Shown: positions 1 through 13,640, numbered from the stretch's first letter. The stretch is 29,692 nucleotides of DNA from Catajapyx aquilonaris (GCA_000934665.2 JYFJ02001098.1:62001-91692), one strand, 5' to 3'. Numbers and translations: made by a program. The notes: generated from the sequence alone by a model not told the origin.

Positions 1-1339
1 GCCCCGCCCTTTCCTGGAGGTCAGGGAACTACTTTTTTGACCTCTACAAAGCATGAAAGAGTCTCTTATTTATTGCCGGAAATTAGGTTTGCGAATGAAG
101 TGATACATGACATACCAGTACCTATATCAGGCCTGCATATATGCAATACAAAGCCGGCTACATGGAGCTGGTCCAATATTGTCCTACAGGAAATATCATC
201 ACAATAATTATTAAGAGTAAAGATTAAATAACACAAATGATCACGTGGCATGAGCAATAAAAAATGGCAACATAAATTATTGGAAGGATATCCTAACAAT
301 GAGACAATAAATCAAACCATTTTGTTCCGATGTACAGTTACCATTTTGTCTATTTGGCTACTAATCATGCCAGTTAGTGTCAGTATATGCACATAATTAT
401 GCTACATATATTCCGTTAAAATACAGTTATATAACAGGTGCTCAGAATTTTGATCATGGACAGATTGGACTAAAGTGCGCAAATTATAAAATAAAATTGG
501 AATAATTTGACTAAAGAATGATGCTTTTAATCTACAAGCAGTAATAATGTTATCTATATGACCACGCTTCAAGGAAAATAGTGGTTAGTCTTTAGAGAAC
601 CACAATGAACCGCAGAACAGGAGGAGTTATCTTGGGTACATGATGTAATGAGCTCTAGAGAAAAGTGGCCTGGCAATTGGATATCTAATCACTAATATTA
701 ATCACTGCTGACCCTTAGGGTGACAATTTCACTCCTACATCATCTTTCTGGGAATTGAGTGTATATCATATTATTTTAGCAAAGTGTCATTTTTTTACTG
801 GCACTGTGTGACACTAATTATAATTTGCGTACTGAACAATCTGGAAGTTTTTGCATAGTTCAGGGAACAACGAATGACAATCGTAATTAAAATACATGTA
901 ATTGTCGCAGTGAGTATAGCATTGGAGGCGGATGTCAGGTATTACTATCAGAAACTATTTTTTTGCTACAAGGATGGAAATAAATTAGGCTACTATTGAC
1001 CATCAATAATAAGTATTTTGTAGAAGTTTTCATCAAATTGGAAGTTTTCATTATAACTACTCAATTCTTACATCAATTTGTAGCACATTCACTGCTGCAC
1101 TAACAGTACAGATTTGCAACAGTGGCATACAAGTTAGGTATATGACTACTACTGTAAGTTATGTGGCCAAAATGATAAATTATCTTATAGAACAATTTAA
1201 GCTATGCGATCATAAAGAGGAATGTGCTGGGAGAAAGCTTTTGCTCCAAGTATAAGCAGCAGATTGGGCTTCGGCTAATCGCTATCGGGATCACTTATAC
1301 AGTATATTATACATCGCAATCTGCCTCCCCCATATGCCA

Positions 1340-1414
1340 GTGGATATCGAGTGAGTGCAGACGTGCTGGATACACGTACTTACACACAGTCTACAGAACA
1401 CAAACACGAGAGAG
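1340..1414 (+). other. Putative non-coding first exon of paralog 1 (5' end uncertain)
   Basis: Consensus donor GAG|GTAAGT at 1415 and a pyrimidine-rich acceptor at 1917, just upstream of the ATG. Confidence 0.45.
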
Positions 1415-1932
1415 GTAAGTCTTTTGCTTGTAAAAATACTATATTTACATCCATCCAATGCAATGTTTCGAATATGATAATATTCTAAACACATGTTGGA
1501 GATTAATCGAGTACAGTACACTTTGCTGACTTGTGTGTGGCGTTGTTATGGCATGCTTATACAATAATAAAAGTAACACATTTGATTCAAAATCGTGTGA
1601 AGTAACGAACATGCAGAGTACATAGGAACGGCAGTAGAGTACAATCATCTTTACGTCACTGATATTAATAAGGAGAGATTACTGTCCCATAAATATCGCG
1701 TCACTTGTAGCTTTCTGGCAGCTGTAAATTTCTTGCATGTGTACGCTGCACTTAAGTAAGCTACATGTTGACAGGGTCTGATTAATCTTATTGCTCCTGT
1801 ACGTCTCTTTCCTCCAACGTGTAACTTACACGAGTTCGCCAAGTTACATGAACAGAGCAATCAAAATTTCGCCTGACACTCTCAAAAATCGACAGATTAT
1901 ATTATTTTTTCTTACAGATTTTTCAGTTCCAG

Positions 1933-2653
1933 ATGGTGCGCTTAAATTCGTGTTGCTTTTGCTGCTCTACGCGCACAGGCTCATTAATTTTAGGATCATG
2001 CAGTTTGGTAAGTCAATATCTGTGATGTAATCGCTATAATGCTATACATATTTGTTACACATTGGCTTGTGAATAGATTGCGAGCGTCCTTGGAGTGATA
2101 TGCGCTGGAGCAGTTTTAGCCATGTATGACAAAATAGCTGAGGCCATAAGAAAAAATCCTCCACCAGATGTTCATTCAGCTGACATTGAAAAGTACATCT
2201 CATGTAGGTTGCAAAAAATGTTGCATAGTAATCGTTGCAGAGTAATAACACCTTCCGTTTTTTTTTTGCAGTTGTGCGCATTCTGTTCATTGTGAGCTTG
2301 GTGATATTACTACTAGGACTATTTGTAGCATCTATGCTCATTCATGGGATCAGAAAGGTTACTTATCCTTTTTTTCCATTGCCAGTACATAAGTTGACAT
2401 ATAATTTAAATTACAGGAACGACCGGGACTGATGCTTCCGTACATTGTTGCAAGCGCATTTTCGCTAATTTCTGGAATTGTCATGAACGTCATGGTGATC
2501 ACAAACGGTGGCGACAAGATCACGCCTATTGTCAACATGGTTATTGGTGCTCTCTTTGGCACTTATTACCTCCTAGTTATTTATTCACACTACCGCGATT
2601 TGCGAGACCACGAAGGCAGAACGAGTGTTCCTAACGATAACAAATTTATCTGA
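1933..2653 (+). CDS. Paralog 1: four-TM membrane protein, LAPTM4/DUF4728-like, 174 aa; exons 1933-2007, 2077-2203, 2272-2357, 2417-2653
   Basis: Manual splicing at GT-AG sites gives a continuous frame MVRLNSCCFCCSTRTGSLILG...SMLIHGIRK/ERPGLMLPY...YSHYRDL...KFI*. Exon structure is shared with 8 paralogs. AATAAA at 2813. Confidence 0.9.
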
Positions 2654-3328
2654 AAATTTTCAAACCAATCTGCTACATCATGATTTACATGATTTATCAT
2701 GAGTCGTGATGACATGCACGAAGCATTCCGTATTTACAACAATCGTTAATAATAATTAGCCTTTTGTAGCCATGTACTGCCTTTTTTATACTTCTTGCAA
2801 AGTATAACAATGAATAAAATATTTCGTGTATTATTCACAGAGGCATCAGACTTCATTGGCCTTGCATGTATGTTGTATTGTGTGGCCAGGGCGTGTATTG
2901 CGTTACTATATACTGTCGTGCAGTATCTCCTTTCGGATGGAGGACGTTGGATATAATATAATTTGACGTGTTTGACGTAAGGGAAGTGGGCGGCAATAGA
3001 AATGAGACATGTTATAATTTTGAACCAGGTGTACAGCATTGCATTTGGATTTGCACTTGAATCAGTGAGGAACAACCCGCTTAATGGTGAGTTTATTTTC
3101 TGCTCATATACCTATCTGATGTACTGTACAGTCCGCCTATGCATGTTAATGTGATTAAATATTTAAAAATATGATTCTCCGCTCTTGATAATTATTGTCT
3201 CTTGACTTGTGCAATTTTTATAAGCAGCAGTCATGCTATGGCCAGGCCTTCTGTTCTGGCCATTACATATAATATTTTAATTGAAAATATAATAGGCTTT
3301 GTACTTATAAATTAACAGGTCAGCAATA

Positions 3329-4076
3329 ATGGAAAAAGTGCCTCAAGACCAACCATGCTGCTGCTTCTCTGCAAAAAGTACGGGCATCCTCATTTTAGGA
3401 GTATCCTCACTGGTACGTGTACGTTGCATTGCTGACAGTAATTGACCTGACATGTTTACCTCGATAACAATCCACAGGTTTCAAGCATACTGGTGTTTGT
3501 GAGCTCAGTAGGAGTTCTGGCAACATGGCAGACTATTTCCGAACGCATTCACTGGACTCCACGTGAGACATCTGCAGATCAGATTGATGCATATCTCTTG
3601 TGTACGTATTTGGAATACTGTATATTCAGTAGTATGCACTGTATGGCAACATGTTATTTGTAATAATTCAGTGATTTTTGGGGGGTACAGTTTTCTACCT
3701 TGCCAGCTTCGTTGTTTTGGTTGCGTCGGTTTTGAGCATTGGTGCATCATCCATGTTCATCCATGGGGTCAGAAATGTGAGTTACAATATATTCCTATAT
3801 AAACATTTCATGAAAAACTTTTAAAAATTTCTTCTTCAGGAAAGGTCCACATTTCTGCTGCCGTATATCGCAATGGGCGTATTGGACATCACGGTGGGGG
3901 TTATTATAATAATTGCGCACATGCTGGTTGTGGATGGGGACAACATTATTGCAATCATTAGCATGGTAGTTTTGATAGTTACAGGCACTTACTGTCTAGT
4001 AATGGTTCATTCTTACTATCAGGATCTAAGATCTTACGAGAAATTAATGAATGTAGAATTATTAAAGGGTACTTAA
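3329..4076 (+). CDS. Paralog 2: four-TM membrane protein, 176 aa; exons 3329-3412, 3478-3601, 3691-3776, 3840-4076
   Basis: MEKVPQDQPCCCFSAKSTGILILG...SMFIHGVRN/ERSTFLLPY...SYYQDLRSYEKL...; intron phases 0/1/0; 86-nt exon 3; AATAAA at 4121. Confidence 0.88.
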
Positions 4077-5055
4077 ACCATGAAAGACAGGAATTGCTTC
4101 AATGTACTTATTACTGCCACAATAAAACACGTGATCAGTGTATTTTAGTAGCCGGATGGAAATTTTAATCACCAAGACAAAACATTGCCATGTATTACAA
4201 GTTAGTGTCTGTCAAAGAAAGTTATGGATCTTTATTCCATGCAACCTGTAATTTTTTTTGTCGTTGGTTTTTTTGACGTATGGTACGTACATTAACAAAG
4301 TTGACTAAATAACTTTCATAAAATAGGTAAAAATAATAAGGCAGCTCTCGGTCGAGATAATACTACAAAACAATTTTAAAAACTTCATCAATTCATTTAC
4401 ATTTTCAATATGACTCCTGAAGATTCTCAAATAATTTCTTGTGAAATGGCATACATTGATCGTTCACCGTTTTTCGTCACTCACTCCATGATGGACCGTA
4501 GAGGCTATTTTCTGCTTACTATTTTTGCCTGAGTTGTCTCGTATCTTCATTTTCCTGCGCAGCCGGGGCAGATGACATCTAGTGGACGTTCAGAGAATCA
4601 CAAAATTACTCCTGAATCCACAAAGGGGTATAAAAATAGCCAGAAAAGAGGTCACGGATCAGGTTGTAGAAATAAAGCCACTGTACTGTGTAATGTTGTA
4701 GCACAGGCTAATATAGTGCTATCAAAGACACTTCGGACATACTATTTTAGGGGGTAAATAATAGGCCTCTTTGCGACAGCAAGCGACTCGGGTAAGAAGC
4801 AACTTACAATTTTATACACATCACTGAGTGCAAATGTTCCGGTTCCCACGAGAGACCGGCGACATGTAAAATGCCTATGAAAAAAATCGGCAAAATATTA
4901 AGCACATATCTATAATTCATAGCCTATACGATAATACATTGGCGGGTCACTTTTCGATGTCCGGAGAGGAAAGATAAAAAAAATTGCTATAATGAATGCT
5001 GCCAGTTCTTCAGGGCGATGCCACTTTTACAAAGTGAGTGGGTGACCTTCGTTCT

Positions 5056-5231
5056 GCTCATGCGCCGAATAAAACTGGGTGTGGACGCGGGTCCTCATCA
5101 AAGTGGGGTTATAGTGCGTACTGTGCATGCTATGGTTTGCTATATGAGACTTGGAAAGAAGAACTTGGTTGAAGACCTCTCAACCACTACTTGACGCGGA
5201 AGGATTACAAGATTACGCTAAGAAGACAGAG
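5056..5231 (+). promoter_or_regulatory. Putative promoter and non-coding first exon of paralog 3
   Basis: GCTCATGCGC and GGGTGTGG motifs shared with paralog 4; donor GAG|GTAACT at 5232 and acceptor at 5293. Confidence 0.45.
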
Positions 5232-5310
5232 GTAACTAATGGTCAGTTATTGTTTAGACTTTAGATGACAAGCCAGAGGTTTTCTTTTAACAGGAAATTG
5301 ATCAGGAGAC

Positions 5311-6356
5311 ATGGCGCCTTGCTTGGAGAAGTGCTGCTGCGCTTTTCCGCTAAGGAGAGGGTCCTTAATTATAGGGATTATCAGCCTCGTAAGTGTTTCA
5401 AGTGACCTTGCCAACTACATAGACGTGACAACACACTTTTATTTTCCATATCGATCAGGTTGCGAGCATCTTGGGCACACTGGCCATCGTCGGCACTCTG
5501 GCCATGTGGTCAACCATTGCCAAAAACATCCGAGAGGCCGCCAGACAAGGGTCTCATGACACCCAGATCAGGGCTGAACCATACATTATTCGTACGTATG
5601 TTACATATTACGCGGGTGTAACAGGTTAATATCTTCATAATAAAATAATGTTCATAATACAGTAAAACTTCAATATTATAACGCTCTTCAAGGGTGGTTG
5701 ACCCTTTGCTCGTGGGTGTGTAGCCTGAATTCTCGCAAACATTTTTAAATCGTGGACTCTATTTTTTCAGAAACTCGCACCTACTGCATCCTCTCTCTGG
5801 GAGTGTTTCTCGGTGGAATTCTTGTGGCATCGATGCTTCTTAGGGGCATAATGCAGGTAACTAGCACCAGAATCGTAACGCAGATTTAGTTAAATGGTCA
5901 TGTGGAATTGCTAAAATGAAGACAGCCTCTCCTTATGTTTGATATAATAATCACTCTTATTAAAAGTGCTACATAAAGATATTAATGTGTAATTATAATT
6001 ATTATCATGCTTTATGACCAACACAAATGCTTAATGTGATACGGATACGTTAAAGAATGATGATATTGTTTGGTTAAAATGAACTCATTTGAGCATTTTA
6101 TTGACAGAATCGGCCCGGACTGATGCTGCCTTACATAACGACAGCCACAATCGGAGTGATTTTGGGCATTGTCATTGATGTTTTTTGCATTATGGATGGA
6201 GTGCACCTGATTTCCTCAATTGTTCATCTAACCCTTGGGACCGGACTGGAAACGCACTTCATTGTGGTTATCTACTCTTACTATGAGGAACTTCGCAGCA
6301 ACAGCAAAGAAATAATAAGCGTACCTACTGAGGACCCAGACACGGCCAAACCCTGA
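5311..6356 (+). CDS. Paralog 3: four-TM membrane protein, 181 aa; exons 5311-5388, 5459-5591, 5771-5856, 6108-6356
   Basis: MAPCLEKCCCAFPLRRGSLIIG...SMLLRGIMQ/NRPGLMLPY...YSYYEEL; canonical splice sites and an open spliced frame. Confidence 0.9.
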
Positions 6357-7621
6357 TTGAATTCGAAAATTGAAAGTGCTTCATGTTAGCATGATTGTGC
6401 GTTATGATCTGAACTACCGGTAATTGAAATTGGTGCGAATTGCTGTAACAAACTCGAGCATATTTATACATACGAGTATTTTTAAAGAGTCGTGGAATAA
6501 TGCCTTTAATATGACGAACCTCATATTTGAATAATTGCTAAACCGCATCAAATATTTTAATAGAAGAAAACATAGAGAGTAATAATATAGTTTGTGTACA
6601 AATTATTGATACAATGGCTTCCAAATTATTTTACTGTGAATGTTGAACTGTGGCTTTATATTGTTTGACTGTATCAACAGACTCTAAAATTATATGATTA
6701 CCGGTATATGTCTGTATTCGCTACCAATCTAGTCCATTATCTTCCACTTGTCTTCTTGTCATGCTGCATTATTTTTAATGCCGCAGTTTACATACTGTAG
6801 TTCTAGGCTATATAGATTCTTGATTTCAGGAGTCGTTTTTTAAAAGAGGTGCAAATCCACTGTGATATATTAGCCAGTGTACTTTGATATAATACAGTTT
6901 TTGTGATGTTGAAACGTTGTTGAAATGGGTTATTGCAGACGGTTTCATAAACATCTCGGGTATATAATATATTATTCATTATTATTCAATAACATATTTA
7001 TGTATAGTAAGAAGGCCGGATTTTGGCAAAGCCTGGAAGATAACATTAAAATAATAAAGATGGAAAAATTGACAAGCTTTGAAGCAGTTGAATTTGTTGC
7101 TATCATATTTTTGACGTTAAGGAACGTAGGCTAAATACTCCAGTACAGAAAATGAAAGATGGTATAACATAATGATTGATTCCAGCTTCCAGCCTGATGT
7201 CTTCAGACAATATTATTATTTTCCCAGTAGTACAATGTCTCTATTGTCATGTGAATAATGTGCAGCGTCTACTGTGCATACTTCATGAATTTTTTATGGC
7301 AGAAAATATTATTTTGTGCATTATCTTTTACACTGCATCTTGTACGCTGGTGTTGTAAAATAAACGTTTTGAACAGCCATCCCATAATATATTTTGAAAG
7401 GATATTCTGGATCCCATCCATAATCCCTATGTTATTGTCTAGTATCTATTTCGATTGATTTTAATCAATAATTTACCTCTTCATAGGTCAGAAGAATATT
7501 AGTTATAATGTATCCTAGAAACATTCGAATTTTCTTTCCCATGATTGGCCCGGATTCCTACTGGCTTATATCACAATGAGAGTTACGTACTGTAGGTACT
7601 CTACATACAGTACAGTACATC

Positions 7622-7710
7622 ACATCAGAGTGAAGATTATTATTAATTGCTCACATGCTGGTTGTGAATGGGGATAACATTAGTGCAACCATTGATATAG
7701 TTTTGATAAT
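7622..7710 (+). pseudogene. Degenerate fragment of paralog 2 exon 4
   Basis: acatcagagtgaagattattattaattgctcacatgctggttgtgaatggggataacattagtgcaaccatt... aligns by eye to about 3887-3980 with indels; no other exons found nearby. Confidence 0.75.
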
Positions 7711-7988
7711 GCAATATTTCCTCATTTCTCTCTCTCACCCTTCCACTAATAATGTCTCTTTATAATGGCTCACAAAGGAACATACTTTTCGCAATTAGTT
7801 CACGGTTTACCTAATAATCGTCCATGTCAAACAAACTCCTTCATTAGCCTGTGCTGTCGGCGAAGGTTACATCTAGCGGCTTACAATATAAGTCCTGAAG
7901 CCACAAAGGGTATAGAAATATAGGCAGAAAAGAGGTCACGGTGATGCTATGAACCTTTTACTAGAAGTGAGTGGGCGATGTTCACGCT

Positions 7989-8149
7989 GCTCATGCGCTG
8001 CCGACAACAGGGTGTGGACAGATATTCGTCGTCAAAGGGTGGGTTTGCGCGAGTATGTATTGGGAATGAAGCACGTTGTTGAAGTGTGCTCAACAACATT
8101 ACTGTTTACACTGGAAGGATTACAGCATTGCACACCCTGCTGCCGACGA
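7989..8149 (+). promoter_or_regulatory. Putative promoter and non-coding first exon of paralog 4
   Basis: Homologous to the paralog 3 upstream block; donor GTGAGT at 8150 and acceptor TTTCAG ending at 8247. Confidence 0.45.
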
Positions 8150-8264
8150 GTGAGTTATATGTATACGATTATATATATGGAACCGACAAGCTAATGCAAA
8201 TATCTGGTCAGGTGCTTAATCGATGGTGTGCATTTGTGTTCTTTCAGGAAATTGATCCAGAGAC

Positions 8265-9228
8265 ATGCCTCGCGTGAAGAATTGCTTCTGCATTTTTCCG
8301 ATAAGGAGAATGTCCTTAATAATAGGGGCGATTAGCCTTGTAAGTGCTTTCGGTGACCTTGTCCGTTCCGTCGACCTGACAACAACACTTTTCTCTCAAT
8401 CGATCAGGTTGCAAGCGTCTTGGGCACACTGGCCGTCGTCGGAGCTCTGTCCATGTGGTCGACCATTGCCAAAAGTATCCGAGAGGCAGCCAGTCACTGG
8501 GATTATGACAGCATCATAAGTACAGAATCGTATATTATTGGTGCGTACTAAAGTGTTGTACATTCTGCATTTTTCTATTATAATAATATTCAGGCTACAC
8601 CCTTCAGCAAAAATGAGTCATTTTTGCTGAAGGGTGTAGCCTGAATATTATTATAATAGAAAAAAATTGTGAACTATATTTTCAGAAACACGCACACACT
8701 GCGTCTTCTCTCTGGGACTGTTTCTTGGTGGAATTATTGTGTCATGGATGCTTCTTAGGGGAATAAATCAGGTAACCTCACGCTTAACATCCTTATAACT
8801 AACTGTAAGTGCATCACTGTTCACATAACATTGCGAAATTGGCTATACATTTTTTCAGGATGTTTCATAAATTGATAGCAGGAAAACTAGTATTAAATAC
8901 GCTTTTGGCCCTTAACATGTCGTGCCAAAACTGGAGAAAATAAGGTTAAAACACTAATTTGTGTATTTTTTATTGGCAGAAGCGGCCTGGACTGATGCTG
9001 CCTTACGTAACGACAGCCACAATCGGAGTGATTTTGGGCATTGTTGTTGATGTTTTGTACATTATGGATGGAGCGCATCTGATTTCCCCAGCTGTTCATC
9101 TAACCCTTGGGACCGGACTGGAAACGCACTTTATTGTGGTTATCTACTCTCACTACCAGGAGATCTGCAGCAGCAACAAGAAAAGGATAAGCTTACCTCT
9201 TGAGAATCTAGACACCGTCATATCCTGA
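8265..9228 (+). CDS. Paralog 4: four-TM membrane protein, 180 aa, close duplicate of paralog 3; exons 8265-8339, 8408-8540, 8686-8771, 8980-9228
   Basis: MPRVKNCFCIFPIRRMSLIIG...KRPGLMLPY...YSHYQEI. Exons 2-4 have the same lengths as in paralog 3 (133/86/249) and are visibly similar at DNA level. Confidence 0.9.
8570..8664. repeat. Perfect inverted repeat, 47-bp arms with a 1-nt spacer, in intron 2 of paralog 4
   Basis: 8570-8616 is the exact reverse complement of 8618-8664. Confidence 0.95.
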
Positions 9229-12200
9229 ATTAATACAAAAGTTGATACTATCTCACTAATGTTAGCAGGATTGCGCGTCATGATCTCATCGAAATGAAAT
9301 TGGTGCAAAATGCATGATAAAAAGTCACAGAATAATATCATTAGTATGACAACGCGCATATACCGGCATGCGAATCACTTCTAAGACACTGCATTTGTTA
9401 AAAAATTAAGTGACTCATAATATTATGAACAAAATAATTACACTGTCCTGAAAAATTAATTTTTTGTAGCCAAAAGTTCCCTGAGTTAGCTTTCGTCATT
9501 TCCTTGAATTTATTTATGCCGTTACCTGTATGTTCTTCGGTGTTTTCGCAACACTTTTTGTACAATAATTATTAGGACAATTAGGCTAATTGTTTCATTC
9601 GTCATTCAGTAATTTTAATTGTATATAATTATTTAAACAGTACACTGAATAATCACACGATCGCATTGTCATTGCAAGAAAACTGCATGTGACTAGTGAA
9701 AAATGAAAAAAAAAAGATCTGAAATCTGTGCACTCGAATAAGATTAAGACAGTCACCCAATCAAACCTCTTGATGCAAAATAAATCGCTTGGTAGCATTG
9801 TTGATTCAATTGCTGCAAAATATTATTGTGTGACTGTTGAAGTTATGGATTTTCTATTGCATGGCTCAGATGGCTGTGTCAGCACTCAGCAGAATCTTGT
9901 CGTATTTTTTAATGCATTGTAAATAGTTCTACAGGGAGTGAGTCTTAAAAAGTCATGCCAATTCAGTGTGATAATAGTCAGTGTACTGTACCTTGATAAT
10001 GATAAGACTGCTGTTTGGTACTCAGACTGTGCTAAAATTGTTATTGCAAGTGGATTCATGAAGATAGCAAATACGTAATGCAGTAGGTCTACTATATATG
10101 TCAATTATTTTTTAAAGTAATTAGTAAGAAGGCCGGTTTGTGGCAAAGCTTGTAAGAGGTTCACCGGCTTTTACATCATTAATTATGATGTAACCAAAGA
10201 GCAACTATGTAATGAGGATAAAAAATTGACAAGCTTTGAGGCAGCTTGTCATGCTTATTAAATATTTTGAAGTTGCGGCTAAATACTCTAGTACAAAAAA
10301 ATGCAAGATGGTACCACCAACTGAAGCGTTCAGCCATAATTATGTGTCAATACTATTTTCCAGTACAATGTCACTATCGCATGAATAATATGTGGTACTC
10401 GTACCTACTGTGATTACATGATGCACATTTATGTCAGAAAATATTTGTGCATTATCATGTACCGTATTCCTTCATCTTGTACGCTGGTGTTGTAAAATAA
10501 ATGTTTCGAAATGCCATATTTGCCATTGTTCGAGCAGAAGAGCTGTTATTTGATCATCAGAATTAAGTATACTCATCCATGACCACATTATGCATTTCCA
10601 CATTTGATCGTTTAATATTTCAGGAACTGAAAAAGGAGATTCCAAGGCAGACGCTAATGACTCTTCATTTCTAACTCATTTAACTGCGCACTCCAAGCGC
10701 ACTCACTATGCTTTAATTTTCTCTAAAATCTCTTGGCAAAAAAGGGAACACAAATCTTTCAATAACCGCTAGGAAAGCAAACTAGGACGAACTAAGATGG
10801 GACCAGTGGCCTAACCACTAATTACAGCCGTAAAGAAGTTTTGTCTTGCAGAATTTTAGAATAGGAGATTTTCTCACTGGGCGCATTGCAGAAGGTTTAC
10901 ACTGGGATTATTTTGCACAGATTGGATTTTTAAATAAATTAATCAAAAAATGGTTTAGTAAGCCGATTCTCATTGACAAGACGTATTTTTACGATTGTAC
11001 AGTATACTGAGGGAAGCTACAGTGCAATACACATTGCATGTGCAAATTCTGGAAAGTGCCCTGCAGTATCACAATTCACGCCTAAAAAGCAGCAGACGCG
11101 ATAATTTTTGTCGAGAGAGAGAGTGCGGCATCAATTTAGCGAATTTAAAATTCCTGCAGTATTTCAGACTCTTGTTATAGAAACGTACAGTGCCGGAATC
11201 CGGAATGAGTACAGATTAATACTGAGTCCTGAATCCTGGCCAACGACGTTAGGGCCCATAAAGCACGCGAATGGTCTCACATCATACATGTTTAAAGTGA
11301 AACAAGGTTCCTGTCGCACAAATCCCTAAATTATTCTACAGTTTTCTCGCAAAGGTATGGGAGAACACACAAGACGCGCAAAGGTTAAGCGAAGTTATCA
11401 TTTGCGTTTCACGTACCGTACTGCACTACTTGCATGCGCACTGTGCGACATTACTTATTGCCAACTTTTATGTCTGTCGGCAGCCTCACGCAAGTGTCAT
11501 CTCATTGTTATTGACCAAAAGCAACCAGCAGTAATGATAAGCATGTCTTTCGTGAATGTTAGCTATAAATTAAGGATGTTTGTCACGACTCGGATGAGAT
11601 ATTCCGGGAAATTATTTTAAGAGTCGTCGCATGACATATTGACCGCTGTCCGCACTACTTGGCACCTCTTTCATGGCTTCCGACCTGAAAAAAAACTGTC
11701 ATTCCTGCGACAAAGTTGCTTAGTAGTTGAGGACATTGTATGCCATTGCTGAAACCAGAAGAATTTATAATACAGCAAGTATTTTTAACTAATTTTTAGT
11801 AAGTAGCTTCTCTTATACAGGTTATATTTTTCCTATACTTTTTACCCCGGTGCTGATGGTCAGAATGTCCTAAATTCTTTTTTTGATATCCAGTTTATAT
11901 ACACTATGGATGAGGTCATTGTCAGTATAATTGTGACAGTGCGTTGGATGAGATTACTGACTGTTAATTTTTTTAAACGATTCACGCACATGCTGCAGGA
12001 ACATTCTGCAGGGAAAAACCTGCTTTTAAAAAGACGGGCTCGGGGCCAGACCTCGTTAATTTTTTCATACGTATAGTTGGACGCGACATACAGACTTGGA
12101 TCCGTCTCGGTCTCTAGAGTTCACATATTAAATTAATGCAGTCCGTCCATGGAGGACGGGAGGGTTGGATTAAGGGAGGGTAGATTTGCATGCATAAAAC

Positions 12201-13457
12201 CCCGCAGTTTGCTCATATATGACATTCCCATGTTGGTGCCAGAAATAATCCGGAAAGACCTGGATAAAGGCAGTTCTAAGCCAGATCTTAACCGCAAATA
12301 TTGGCGGAACAGAATGACAAACATGCAGAGGTCATTGATGGAATGAGTAAGGGGGGGTCAGCTGGGTCGAATTGGCTTGTCGTGGCAGCCAATTGCACCT
12401 CGCGTGACAGACTTAGCAACTTCACCTTGCTTACTCAACAACTATCATTGGGAAAGGCCCGAGTTTCACATTCCGAAGAGACTAACTGTATAGTGCGAAG
12501 TAATCCGTCCGGAAATCTACGTGTCGATATTTCCGCGAATAAATCCAGTTATCGGCTGTCTGAAAATATTACAAATAAAATAACATCAAAAGAAACATAT
12601 AGAATGGTCCCAATGCGTCGAAAACGTCAGTAAGTATCAGTCAAGAAATAAATCGCCAACTGCCTAATTCAATTGACCCAACTGGGCGACTCTGATTGTT
12701 CTGCACAATCAACTCTTAATTTTCTTTTCTTGCCAGATAACAACCAAGAAACTTCAGAAAGAATAGGTGAACAGTAGCTATAAAACGTTCTGATTAAATT
12801 TTATGACCAGTTGCACATACTGTACAGACGGTAAGCTTCACTTTTAGGTATATTGACAGTAACAATATTGCACCACAGCGAACTGTAGCACTGTATCGAC
12901 TGCAATTTTAGTTCATATTCCTTTTGTAGGTTTATTGCCGGGCACTTACAGGCATGCAGTGACGTGACTTACAGTACCCCGGCTTTCTTTCATAAATATT
13001 TAATCCACCTTATTTTCTCCCACATTTTAACAATTCACTCGCATCCCCAGTGGTCCTCCAAAAAATTCGTCCAGTTCCCACCTTAGTAACCGACCCCGTA
13101 ACGTAAGGCTTCGAGTCAGTCAGTCATGCAATATTAACTACTATCGAGCTAAATGTCTACTTAATCTTGTCGTGCCGGAAGGGTTCTTATGTACGCCTAA
13201 AAATAAACAGTCTAGTCACATTGTTGCATGCCCCCTACTCACCCTTCCATCTCATTTTCAAGATGACCCCAAGCAATGGGGTCTGCCCATTACATAACAA
13301 GTCCTTGGAGCCAAACTGATCCATACTTTATTCTGCCCCATTTTCAGGTTTTGGTCACACCCTCTGACCTCCTGTATAGTTCTAATACAATTAATGGTTG
13401 TAATTTAATCAAAATATTTGTGGGGGGTGCAATGATTTCCTGATATGTATCATATTT

Positions 13458-13473
13458 GGGGGGGGGGGGGGGG
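13458..13473. repeat. Poly-G tract (G16) upstream of paralog 5
   Basis: Read directly from the sequence. Confidence 0.9.
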
Positions 13474-13503
13474 CTATATGCTGCATGACTACTTTGCGGC
13501 ATT

Positions 13504-13640
13504 TTGCGCATATGGGCATGCGCAGTTTGATCTGTTCAAAGGTGGGGGTGCGACGGCGTGCATGAAACTAGACTGTTTCACTTCGGATTGCGTGTCATGC
13601 GTGAGTGTGCAGGCGAACCCGGTGGATGAAAGACGCGAAG
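13504..13640 (+). promoter_or_regulatory. Putative promoter and non-coding first exon of paralog 5
   Basis: GC-richer island with GCATGCGCA and GGTGGGGG; consensus donor AAG|GTGAGT at 13641; acceptor TTTTCTAG ending at 13778. Confidence 0.5.

Larger units (their letters stand above)
7622..10510 (+). repeat. Second copy of a segmental tandem duplication of about 3887-7373
   Basis: Collinear homologous blocks: 4554-4657 with 7848-7941, paralog 3 with paralog 4, and about 7003-7373 with about 10122-10510. Confidence 0.75.

Noticed and set aside
1..207. Open frame of 68 codons from the window edge (APPFPGGQG...)
   Set aside because: No recognisable motif; cannot be distinguished from chance without upstream sequence.
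12133..12633. Overlapping ORFs of 63-110 aa in the spacer
   Set aside because: No recognisable domain, splice structure or similarity to the array; possibly decayed repeat sequence.
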